DNA of 63,927 nucleotides, counting the filler, from Basidiobolus meristosporus CBS 931.73 (lineage: Eukaryota > Fungi > Basidiobolomycota): assembly GCA_002104905.1 (NCBI GenBank). It is 4 parts of 4 records of this genome, joined end to end, with 100 filler letters (N's around TTAATTAATTAA, not from the genome) between each part and the next. Parts side by side here need not be neighbours in the genome. Positions count along the whole stretch, not along the records: positions 1 to 23,228 come from MCFE01000969.1; 3 more parts are not named here. One strand, given 5' to 3'. The notes beneath the pieces were generated by a model. That model saw nothing but the letters and a program-made list of their open reading frames with translations, made no database searches and was not told the DNA's origin. The position numbers and the translations under genes were made by a program. Of this stretch, positions 1-11,390 are shown one piece after another (within the stretch, counting starts at the first letter, position 1; the number at the start of each line of letters is the position of its first letter).

Positions 1-18
1 TGGTGTACTTTGGCCTGT

Positions 19-822
19 TGTGGTAGGGTAAACATACCTCCCACAGACAAGTTTATTCAAATAGTCAATATGATATACTTATCCATATTTTATCTTATCA
101 GTATTATCCCATTCTTCTTTTGCCCATATTATCAGTATTATCCCAATATGATGTTTACCCTGATTAGTTATCAGCATTAGTTATCCCAGATGTTATTCAG
201 CTTTGTGATCATTATATGTATCTACATAAGGCAAGTAACCGCGTCAGTACTCATGACACATGACCTAGGTCTGTGTTACCATCCCTACCATTTCAATACC
301 ATATATGGTATTTCTATGTTGCACAAGTTTCAGACTACTGATTCCTGATTGGTTGAATGTGCTGTGCCTTTTAGAACCTTCCAGGACATTCTTGGTATAT
401 TTTTAGCTCATAGTGATGTCATCAAGAATTCTACTGATACCTAGAATCTTCTAGAACCTTGTCATTAGTAATCACTTGGCAATCAGGAAAAGTGTTTAAG
501 GGAAAGCAATCCCTCATCAATAAATCATCCCTTCTATCAGTAACACTTCTACCTTATTGATTAGCAGTTGATCACTGCACCTGCCTTCAACAGTACATGT
601 CAGACCTGCCTTCAAGGAGCTTTTCAGGGTAGTGCACAAGACACACAGAGGCCTTTGGAGACACTTGGAGCACCTAGGAAGCTAGAGAAGCAGGAGCTTT
701 TACCATAGTGACATATTGACAAAGACACCAGCAGTTTAGACACAGAGGTTATTGCACCCATCAGGCACCTCACACACCTTGAGTTGTGTAGCTTCTCCCA
801 GGAGTACCTCTACACCACCACA
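19..822 (+). mobile_element. Solo LTR, family L (804 bp)
   Basis: TGTGGT...ACCACA termini; 4-bp TSD CTGT (15-18) / CCGT (823-826); the empty target site CCGT is present in the young family-A copy (reverse complement of 50678-50681). Confidence 0.87.
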
Positions 823-1270
823 CCGTGGTCCTAACTAATTATGGTGCAAGGGCCAATCCTTTGGGGTGTAAATTGTGGGCAAAGCTTGAGGCCTTCAATG
901 GTATGGTTGTACCACACTTTATTGCCTGGTTTTCACTTTTGTCCTGTTAGTTTCTCATTTTTGGGTGGAGGGGGAAGGTGCTTGTCAGCATTTTTGGATA
1001 TGTTTATGTATAGTTGGGCAGTGCAGTGTATCAACCTTTCTACATAGTTGTTATGTGTTGTCAAGGGGACACCTTCCATTGTCAATCCAGTTTCTTCACA
1101 CCACTTGGGCCTTTGTCCATACAGTACTTTGCATGAGGAGAAACCTGTTGTTTTATTTGGTATTGTACGCATTGCTAGGAGTGTCAGTGGGAGCAGCTTG
1201 GCCCATGACTGGGGAAGTTTCCAGTGGAGCTTCTCCAGTATGCAGCAACACATCAGCCAGACCAGTGTGC

Positions 1271-2348
1271 TTTGGTAATGTATAAGTCCAAAGGGCAAAA
1301 TATGGCCAACACTTCTGAAGTGTGAATGTGTGTGGGGTGTTCACTGGGTGCAATAACCTCTGGCAAAAGCTTGCTAGGAATACTGGGTCTTTTGTCTAAT
1401 CTAATGTGAAGGGGGATAAAGCCTCAAGCTTGTCAAGGGAAAACTATTGAACTACAATTCCCAACTTTGTTGGTGTCTTAACAAAAGTTTATAATGGCTT
1501 TGACATCCTTTGAGATAACAATGTACTAAAGCTTCCAAAGTCAAAACAACTCTAAACTCCACCAACAGGGACTTGTTAAGAATGCAGCTTTGACCAATAG
1601 TTACAAAGACTGAAAAGTATCTTTGCCTGTACAAGAACAAACTTGGGAAAACAACCAGATATAATAAAATATACCTACTCTGGGTATTCCTCACAAGTAG
1701 TGCCTCCAAGGTCAGTTGGCTGTTAGCGCGCTTTCCTAGGAGTATTGTCAGGTCTGAGTCAGAAAGTAGTGGTAATAGGTAGCAGTGATCTCACTAATCA
1801 TCAAGTTGGAATAGTGGAAGAGGGATGATTTATTTTTGAGGGATAGCCTCCCTTATATACTTTTTGCTGCTCAAATTCCTGCTAGGAAATACTTTCCGGA
1901 AATTTCTAGAAGGTAGTAGACAGCCAATCATGCCATTGTGTACTGAAAATAGCACAAATTCTTGGTGGATTGTTCCATGAGATATAGTAGCACCTATCCA
2001 ATCAGATAGTGGTAACATGAAACCTCTGTGTCATGTTGTTTCCTTATATGGTAGTAGGATAGGACGGTTATGAAACCACAATGGTCACATAACATAGGCA
2101 CTGTTGGGGGTACTTGCCTTATATGGCAACTATCTTATCTTGGCATCCTGGCAAGGAATAGGAATAGCTTGTGCAATGGGTTAATAGTGACAAATAGTTT
2201 GCCAGGTTGCATAGTAATAATCACATAGACAGATGGAAAATATTGCAATTTGGGATGATACTAATATTGGGGGGGGTAGTACTTTTAGGGAAGTGAACAT
2301 ATGGGAATGAGCACATCTGCCTGTGGGTGTCACTGTGACCCCACCACA
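1271..2348 (-). mobile_element. Solo LTR related to family L (1078 bp)
   Basis: Termini T(T)TGGT...ACCACA; 4-bp TSD GTGC at 1267-1270 and 2349-2352 (GCGC in the young copy); both ends resemble the ends of the 11789-12361 LTR. Confidence 0.75.
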
Positions 2349-2352
2349 GTGC

Positions 2353-3601
2353 TGTGGTCCATTACTTTTGTGAATTGGTAACTATGAATGTATGTATGGA
2401 ATTGTTTAATTGAATAAACAACAGCTAGATATCTTATCTTGGTAACAGGGTAGTGACATTTGTGTTTGTTTATCAGACAGCTCACGTAACCAATTGGGTG
2501 GAATATTGCGGGTTGGTGGTATTGTCCCAGTATGGTACCTATACCGGTGAGACTTCCATCACTGTTAATAAAAAATCTTGCATCCCGGTTGGAAAAATGT
2601 AATACTGGTGGTGACGTCAGGGAATGTTTCAGCTGATCATATGCTCTCTTATGAGGCCTCAACCACACAAAGCACTGGCCTTTTTGCTTCAATTTGTACA
2701 GGGGGGCTGCTATTGTTGTAAAGTTTTTGACAAAGCAGCAATAGTGGCCAGCTGATCCCAGGAATCCTAACACTGCATTAGTATCTTTTGGTGCAGGTGT
2801 ATCTTGAACGGCTTTCAGGAGTAAAGTAGATGAGTATATTCCATCTGCCAAGATCTTGTGGACCAGAAACACCAATCTTGTGTACAGGAAATGGCACTTC
2901 TTGGGATGTAGTTTGAGTTGGTTCTCAAGGAGGGCTGTCAGGATAAGTTGCATGTTGTGTATATGTTCTTCTACATTAGGAGAGTATATTGTGATTTTGT
3001 CCAGATAAACAAGAGCACATTCCCATTGAATGTTTCCTAGCACCTTGTTGATCATCCTTTGGAATGTAGCAGGGGCATTGCACAAGCCAAAGGGTAGTTG
3101 GTTCCATTTGTATAATCCAATCAATGTTATAAAAGCAGTTCTTGGTTGATATTCTGGGGCTTCTTCTACTTGCCAATACCCAGAGATTAAGTTAAGAGAG
3201 CTAAAATATTGAGCTCCAATTAATCTGTCCAAGAGGTCATCTATTTGCAGTAGTGGATACACATCCTTCTGGGTGACAGCATTCAATTTTTGGTAGTCAA
3301 TGGAAAAGCGTTGCTTTCCAACTTTATTTGGGACTATCACTACAGGGAAGGCCCATGGAGACGGGCTCTCTGTAATGATGTTGTCATTAAATAAAGTTTC
3401 AATCATCTCTTTGATATAGTCTGTGTCAATTTTCAAATTCCTATAAGCTTTTTGCCTGATGGGGTATTTGTTGACAAGGTGGATTTGGTGATATACCCCA
3501 GGTATATGACCAATTACTTGATTCTTAGAGAATACTTGGGCAAGCAGGTGTATTCCTTGTAGGAACTTGTCTTGTAATGCAGGCAGTAGGCCTGGGTCCA
3601 T
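2353..3601 (-). pseudogene. RT/RNase H remnant of family-A Ty3/gypsy pol
   Basis: ORF 2330-3601 contains SPSPWAFPVVIVP, IDYQKLNAVTQKDVYPL, LPFGLCNAPATFQRM, YLDKITIYS, YPVTKIRYLAVVYSIKQF. Confidence 0.92.
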
Positions 3602-5476
3602 GTCTAGTTTGGGGAGTTCTTCTTTGGCTTCCTTGTTTGTAGGTGGTCATTGGTTGTTTCCATCAACTTCCTCTAGATTTAACAATGGCACTCCTGTAGG
3701 CAATGTCACCGTGTGTTGCCCATTGTTAACCATTAAGCACTTCAGACTTTGCGTTTCAAATTTTGGCAGTATCCATACTTTAAGGATCAAGATTCCTTCC
3801 AGTTGCTTGGATGCCTTTGCTGCAGTTATCATTCTTCTGCTTGTCAAATAAGCTATTGGTGTTTCCAATGAGATTACTGTCTCACTGGTGGGTGGTATTT
3901 TTATCACCTTTTTTGTGATGATTGCAGACTGCAATGGTTTCACCTCTTTGATTGTCACACTGTTGCTATGCGCCCTGCTCTCATTGGTGATATGAATCAG
4001 TGGGATACTCTTGGTATCCCACCTGAGTTCAGATGCACTGTAAAGTATATCCATCTTATGTTAGATAAACTAACTCTCACCAATGAGTAAGTTGTAGGCT
4101 GCAACAGGTAGGACCACAACATCTTGGTATACAATCAAATTGCCTAGCTGGATGGGGCAATTAGGCACCACTCCAACTGTTGTGTCCAGTTGGTCATTTG
4201 CTAGTCATACCCAAATGTTGTTGTTGGGGACTATATCTAACTTTAGACATTTTGCTAATAATTCTGACATGATCAACATAGAGGATCCTGTGTCAATAAG
4301 GTCAAGAATCTCCTTATTCTCTATATGTACCTTTACATATGTACCTTTATTTGGTTTTTGTAGGACCATCTGGTTGACATGAAGAGTTGTTATCTCCTCC
4401 AATCCCTCTATCAGTTCCTTGACTAGAACTGGGGCTAGTCCCAGTAAATTGGTTATTGGGAAGGTTGCCTTGGCTTGCTCTAGTACCTTTATTATGGGGA
4501 ATAGGCCATGGGAAGATGTACTAATGTTCTTTGTTAGCTTCAACACTTGTTCCCAAGGCTCATTCAGCACCTCTTCACCTAATTGCGCATTCTTTCCTTT
4601 CAATGGAACCTTTACTACAGGTTCCTTTGCCTCATCTCTAGAAGCATCATGTCAACACTTTTTCTTCCCTACTTTGACTGTTCTGACTGGAGGGCTTAAA
4701 TTGACTGAGTACCATTGGCCTCCTGGCAAGGGACTCTGTCTTTTGATGTCTTCTTCTCTTTTGTGTCTGGTACAGGTTCTTATCCATACCATTCTTTACA
4801 TTTGTGGGCTTGGTGGCCTACTTCTCCACATACACAACACAAGTACTGTTGTTGCAGTTGTTCCATCTGTTGGGTCAGCACTTGTACCTGGGATTTTCAA
4901 TCTACAACAGCTGCCCTGAGTTATAACCTTCTTTGGAGACTTCTTGGACATTGTTGATTGAGAGTTCTTGGGCCTTTTGTTGTAATTCCTCTAACTCATG
5001 GTATTTTGGGGAAGCAATTTTTCCTTTCTTACAAGGGATCCCTGTCCTTCAATCATTTGTATCACTATAAGGTAGCCCCCATAGCAAGATGATCCCTTGT
5101 ATTTGTTTGACCAACTCTAGCAACATTTTACATCCTTGTTGTTCTTTGGATGCCCTACATCTTATTTTGTTGTCTGAGCCCATGATCTAATACCTCATGA
5201 GCTGTTGTTTGGCAATTTTGTCCTTTGGGAGACATCAAACTTGTTGGAGAAACAGTTCAGTGTAGGCTTCATAGCTCTCACTGCTTTTCTTCTGTGAGGA
5301 CAGTAGAAGGGCTTTGCAGTGGTATCCTTTGGCATTAAGAAAGCTTGTCTTGTAGGCTTCTTCTAGTGCATCCCAGCCATCTTCAACTGCATCTTCCAAC
5401 CCATAATGCCATTGCCATGCTGACCCTTCCAAATGTCTTGCAAACTCCCTTACTTTCTTATTGTTGTCCCATCCTG

Positions 5477-6004
5477 TGTCATGATCACATGACAACCATG
5501 AACACCCAAGCCAAGTTTCAGCCTCCTAGATCAATTTCTAAGAGATTCCTTCTGGAACCTTCTACCACCTTCCAGAAAGTTCTTGACCATTCCAAACCAT
5601 TGTTACACAATGGAACATTCCATGGAAGCTTCCCATTGTATTTTTCATAATCCAGTACCGTATATGGAAATACCAGGTCACATGACTTAGTCACATGATC
5701 AAGTGAACCAATCCATTTCCCCATCCTGTCTTAGTGCCTTGCCTTCTATATTATTATCCTCAGCACTGCTGCTGTGCCTCACCCCACAACCCCATTAGTA
5801 TTAGCTAATATCACTTGGCATCAGTATAGCCAAAAAGTACATATACTCCTATCCCCCCTTAACTATTTCTCAGTCTGATGAACACAGGTCTTGAATAAAC
5901 AGCCTTGCCTTGGAAATCTGCCTTGCCTTTTTGATCCACACCTAGTCCTTTCCTGGTCCTGCCTTGCTTAGCTATACTCTCCTGCCTTGTGTCTATTTAT
6001 AGCA
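5477..6004 (+). repeat. 5' LTR of chromovirus
   Basis: 528 bp, starts TGTCATGATCAC and ends ATAGCA; near-identical to 10862-11390. Confidence 0.93.
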
Positions 6005-6410
6005 GTTTTATCTGACTCTCCTGACTTACCTGTGGATCCCTGCCTTCTGCGCAAAGTTTTAAGAAAACTTATAAAAGGAATACTGACCGCAAGTATCACC
6101 CATCATCTTTCCCTAGTCTTGTCCTATAAAGGCAAAGATACTTTATCTTTGTAAAACTATTGGTCAAAGCTGCATTCACTTTATTGCCCTGCTGGTGGAG
6201 TTTACAGTTGCTACAGTATTGGAAGCTTTAGTACAATACTCTATCAAAGAATGCCCAAGCCAGTACCTTCAGAAGTGATGCTAACTTATTTGAGTTGGGG
6301 CTTGTGGCTCAATAGTTGTATTCTTGACATACTAGTGGCTTTACAAACCCACAATCTAGTTTAGTATATTCCAGTATTCCTTGCAAGTTCATCTGCCTTC
6401 CTCTCCTACC

Positions 6411-7330
6411 ATGTCCAACCTAGAGCTGAACTTTGCCCAGCTCATGGCTGCCTTTACCCAACTGCAGCAAGACCATGCAGACCTCAGAAGCACTCTTGCT
6501 CAGTTCCAGAACCAAAGTGTCAAGCAAACTAGCCATGTCCCAGTCTACCAAGAACCCAAGTATACTCCTGCTACCAAGTTCATTGGCTCTCAGAATGAAT
6601 TCTATGGCTTCATCAACATGGTGAAGAACAATCTTGCACTCCAGCCCAACTGGTACCTCACTGACCAGGCCAAAGTTGGCTTCATCTCCAACCTGCTTAC
6701 TGGTAGAGCTCTCAAGTGGTTTTCCCCACTAGTGGAGACCAACTCTCCTCTACTCAGAGACTACCAAGCCTTTCTCACTGAAATGGAGCTAATATTTGGT
6801 AACCTCAACTAAGCCAGAACTGCTGCCAACAAGATCAGACCCTCAAACAAGGGAACAAACCAGCATCAGTATATGCCTCAGAGTTCCAACAACTCTCCAG
6901 TGACCTCAGCTCCTGGGGTCAAGCCACCTTGATTAGCCAACTCCAAGATGGCCTCAATGATGAAGTTTGTGATCTGTTACTCACACTCCCAGATGCTGAT
7001 ACATTGGTTGAAGCTATGCACTAAGTAATCCAGTGTGATAACAGACTATTCCAGAAGAAGCAAAAGAACCATCAAAGACACATTCCTGTTGCAGTTCCAG
7101 CCCCTCCTGCTCCCCAAGTCACTCCAGAAGATCCTATGCAGATTGATAGTGCCAATACAAGAAACTATCAAAGAGTGAAAAGTCCAGATGTCAACAAGCC
7201 AACCTCTGTCTATACTGTGGCCAACCAGGTCACTTTGCCAAGTCCTGCCCCAACAAGAAGTCCAGCTTCAAGATGATACAGTCCTCCAGTAACCAACCTG
7301 ATTCAGATCTGTTGGGAAACTCCAATGTCC
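6411..7330 (+). pseudogene. Chromovirus gag remnant
   Basis: ATG at 6411 (MSNLELNF..., KVGFISNLLTGRALKWF); later [16 protein letters not shown] zinc knuckle (~7205-7255); interrupted by stops. End coordinate approximate. Confidence 0.85.
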
Positions 7331-7364
7331 AGTTGCACTGACAGGCTTACAACTGGACCCACCC

Positions 7365-10300
7365 ATGAGAATCCAGCATATCCAAGAATCTTCCTTTGCC
7401 ACAAAATCTATCCAGTCCTTGAGAATGCCTGTCAAAATCCAGATCCCTGACTCCAGTCCTGTCCCAGTCCTAGCCCTGATTGACTCCAGTGCTTCATCCT
7501 GTTTCATTGACCAAGCATTTGTGCAGAAGCACTCTATTCCTGTTACCTTGAAATCCTGTCCAGTCCAAGTAGAAGTTACCAATGGAAGATCACTCTCCTC
7601 TGGTGCTGTTACCCATGAAACATGCTTACTGCAGTTGTCCAGTACTACTCACCAAGAAAGAATTGCATTCAGCATCATCAACTCACCATACTATCCTGTT
7701 GTGCTTGGAAGCTCATGGCTGAGCTACCACAATCCAAGTATTGATTGGGAATTTAAGATCCTGTCATTCACCAGATCCTACCAAGTCAACTCTATGAGAT
7801 CTCCAGACTGTGATAACTGTGAAAAGACTGTTGCCAACAGTTCAGCAGCCCAAGATACCTTGCCAGCTGAAGGAGCCACCTCAGCAATAATACCAGCCAA
7901 TTACCAAGAGTTTGCCCATGTCTTTGACAAGAAGAAAGTAGAACTCCTCCCTGACCATCAGCCTTGTGACTACCCTATCAACCTTGAAGATGGAAAAGTC
8001 CCTTCATTTGGCCCAATATATAACCTCTCCCAGCTGGAGTTGGAAGAACTCCATGGTTATATTCAAGTAAACCTCCAGAAGGGTTTTATTCAGCATTCCA
8101 AATCACCTGCTGGGGCCCCAATCCTCTTTGTCAAGAAGAAGGATGGCACCCTCAGAATGTGTGTGGACTACCGTGCTTTGAATAAGATCACAGTCAGGAG
8201 CCACTACCCCCGCCCCTGATCAACACACTGTTGGATCAGCTATTTGCTGCCCTAGTCTTCACCAAGATAGACTTGAGAGGAGCTTATAATCTTGTCAGAA
8301 TCAAGCCTGGTGATGAATGGAAAACTGCCTTTTGCACAAGATATGGTCACTTTGAGTACAAAGTAATGCCATTTGGCCTCACCAATGCCCCTGCTGTGTT
8401 TCAACACCTCATATATGACATATTCCATGAATACCTTGACCAGTTTGTGGTAATCTACCTTGATGATATTCTCATATACTCCAAGAGCCAAGATGAATAT
8501 GATGAACATGTCAAGAAAGTATTGAGAAAACTAGACTCTGCTGGTCTCTATGCCAAGCCAGAGAAGTGTGAATTTGACCAGAGAGAAGTGGAATTTCTTG
8601 GTTACCTCTTCAGCCCTGAGGGAACAAGAATGGACTCAAAGAAAGTTGACTCAGTCCAATCCTGGAAAACTCCAAGCTCAGTCAAGGAAGTACAATCCTT
8701 CCTGGGATTTGCCAACTTCTATTGCAGGTTTGTAGCCAACTACTCCAAGATAGTCACCCCTCTGACAAAGCTTACCCAGTAGAACACACCTTTTGCCTGG
8801 AATGAGGAGTAATCCACCTCATTCAACCAACTCAAGAAATCTTTCCTGTAGGCCCCCCTGCTTCCCCACCCTGACCTTGAGAAGCAATTCATAGTGGAGA
8901 CTGATGCTTCTGATTTTGCACTTGGTGCCATACTCTCCCAGTATGATGAAGACAATGTGTTGCACCCCATTGCATTCTACTCTTGGAAGTTTTCTCCTGC
9001 AGAGATCAACTATGATATCAATGATAAGGAGTTGCCTGCCATCATTGTAGCCTTTGAGCTATGGAGTCACTACCTGGATGGTGCAAAACACAAAATCAAA
9101 GTCTTCTGTGACCATAAGAACCTCAAGTACTTTGCAGCTTCCAAAGTACTAAACCAGAGACAACCCAGATGGTCACTCTTCCTGTCCAGCTTTGACTTTA
9201 CTATCACCTATAGACCTGGTGCAAAGCAAGGAAAGCCTGATGCCCTGTCCAGAAAAAAGGAATATGCCCTGGAAGAGGGAGATGATGCCTGTTGGCAAAT
9301 GCAACACCCATTGCTGAGCAAGAAACATTTTGAGATTCTTGCCACCCAGTCCTCAAGTCTTGTCATCCCTTCATTCCTAGTAAGGATATCAGAATCCCAA
9401 GCCTCTGATATGACTTCCAGCACCGTCAAGAAATATCTGGAATCCCCAGTTGGGCCCCCTCCCAAGTTTCCAAACATCCAAAACCTGCATTTGGTAAACA
9501 ACCTCATCTACCAAAAGCAGCAGCTTTATATCCCAGACCTTGCCACCCAGCTAGACATCATTAAGTTTCAGCATGATTCAATGGCTGCAGGCCACTTTGG
9601 TAATGCCAAAACCTTGAATGCTATCAAAAGAGATTTCTGGTGGCCTAGAATGATAACTCTTATCAAAGAGTACATTCTGACTTGTGATATTTGCAACTGT
9701 GCAAAACCAGCCAGACACCAGCCCTATGGACTTCTTCAGCCCTTGCCTATCCCAGAACACCAATGGAGATCAATATATATGGACTTCATTACTGAACTCC
9801 CAGAGTCCTGTGGCTTCAATGCTATACATGTAGTGGCTGACTAGCTGACCAAGATGGCTCACTTTATCCCTTGCTGTAAGAACACTGATGTAAAAGAACC
9901 CGCTGCATTAGTCCTCAAGAACACTTTCCACCTTCATGGTATCCCCAGTGATATTGTGTCAGATGGAGGCCCAAAGTTTGTGTCCAAGTTTTGGAAACAC
10001 TTCATGCAATACCTTGGTGTTCAAGTCAAACTCTCCACTGCCTTCCATCCTCAATCTGATGGCCAGACTGAAAGAATCAACCTGATTCTAGAGCAATACC
10101 TCTGGTGCTATATCAATTACCAGCAAGACAATTGGATTTATCTACTCCCTGATGCTGAGTTTGCCTACAACAACTCAAGCCAAAGTGCAACCGGTTTTAC
10201 TCCATTCTATGCAAACTATGGATTCCACCCTCAATTTGATATCCAGATTCCAACAAACCCAATGAGCCCACATGTGGCTGAACATGCCCAAACAATCCAG

Positions 10301-10861
10301 GACATCCAGAATAACCTCAAGGAAGAGCTATCCTTAGCTCAGGAAAGCTACAAGAAATTTGCCAATCTAACATGGCATCCCAGCCCTGATCTTATTGAAG
10401 GAGATTCTGTATGGTTGCTCAGAAGAAACATCAGCACCAACCGCCCTTGTGACAAATTGGATTTCAAGAAACTTGGTCCCTTCAAGATCAAGAAGAGGCT
10501 TAGCCCTATAGTATATCAGCTATAGTTACCAGCAAGTATGAAAATCCATGATACTTTCCATTTGTCCCTCCTGGAGCCGTATTGTAGGAACACCTTGCTA
10601 AACCAGCAAGAAGCAAAGCCCCAAGCCATCCAGGTTGACCAACATCAAGAATTTGAAGTTAAACAGATTCTAGACTCCAAGTATATCCAGCCAAAGCTGT
10701 ACTACTTGATAGACTGGATTGGTTATGGTCCAAGTGACCAAACATAGGAACCAGCTACCCATCTCACTAATTGTCAAGAACTAGTTACCCAGTTCCACCA
10801 GCAATATCCTGCAAAACCTGCCCCAAAGGGAAACAGAGCTTTGCCTGGAAGAGGAGAATAG
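7365..10861 (+). pseudogene. Chromovirus pol remnant (PR-RT-RH-IN-chromodomain)
   Basis: ORF pieces 7365-8219, 8231-8782, 8894-9844, 9854-10525 and 10538-10747; the last frame continues past a TAG (at the W of the chromodomain TWEP motif) to a stop at 10859-10861. Confidence 0.92.
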
Positions 10862-11390
10862 TGTCATGATCACATGACAACCATGAACACCCATGCCAAG
10901 TTTCAGCTTCCTAGCTCAATTTCTAAGAGATTCCTTCTGGAACCTTCTACCACCTTCCAGAAAGTTCTTGACCATTCCATACCATTAATACACAATGGAA
11001 CATTCCATGGAAGCTTCCCATTGTATTTTTCATAGTCCAGTACCATATATGGAGATACCAGGTCACATGACTTAGTCACATGATCAGGTGAACCAATCCA
11101 TTTCCCCATCCTGTCTTAGTGCCTTGCCTTCTATATTATTATCCCCAGCACTGGTGCTGTGCCTCACCCCACAACCCCATTAGTATTAGCTAATATCACT
11201 TGGCATCCATATAGCCTAAAAGTACATATATTCCTATCCCCCCTTAACTATTTCTCAGTCTGATGAACACAGGTCTTGAATAAACTGCCTTGCCTTGGAA
11301 ATCTGCCTTGCCTTGTTGATCCACACCTAAGTCCTTTCCTGGTCCTGCCTTGCTTAGCTCTACTCTCCTGCCTTGTGTCTATTCATAACA
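10862..11390 (+). repeat. 3' LTR of chromovirus
   Basis: 529 bp direct repeat of 5477-6004, ends CATAACA. Confidence 0.93.

Larger units (their letters stand above)
1..5476 (-). mobile_element. Old, degenerate Ty3/gypsy retrotransposon, family A (gag-PR-RT-RNaseH-IN remnants), interrupted by two solo LTRs and truncated by the contig start and by the chromovirus at 5477
   Basis: Reverse complement aligns colinearly with the young element at ~46260-50695. Remnant ORFs: 5235-5495 (gag GWDNNKKVREFARHLEGSAWQW), 4205-4603 (protease LIDTGSS), 2330-3601 (RT YLDKITIYS, RNaseH SDGSLTGIG), 933-1298 (integrase core). Segments are 1-18, 823-1270 and 2349-5476. Confidence 0.93.
5477..11390 (+). mobile_element. 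Full-length but inactivated chromovirus (Ty3/gypsy with C-terminal chromodomain), LTR-gag-pol-LTR
   Basis: Direct LTRs 5477-6004 and 10862-11390 (TG...CA); purine tract GGAAGAGGAGAATAG before the 3' LTR; gag with CCHC knuckle, PR (LIDSSA), RT (YLDDILIYS), RNaseH (ETDASDFALGAILSQ), IN (HHCC, GQTERINL, GPFKI), chromodomain (FEVKQILDS..YLIDWIGY). Many premature stops. Confidence 0.95.
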
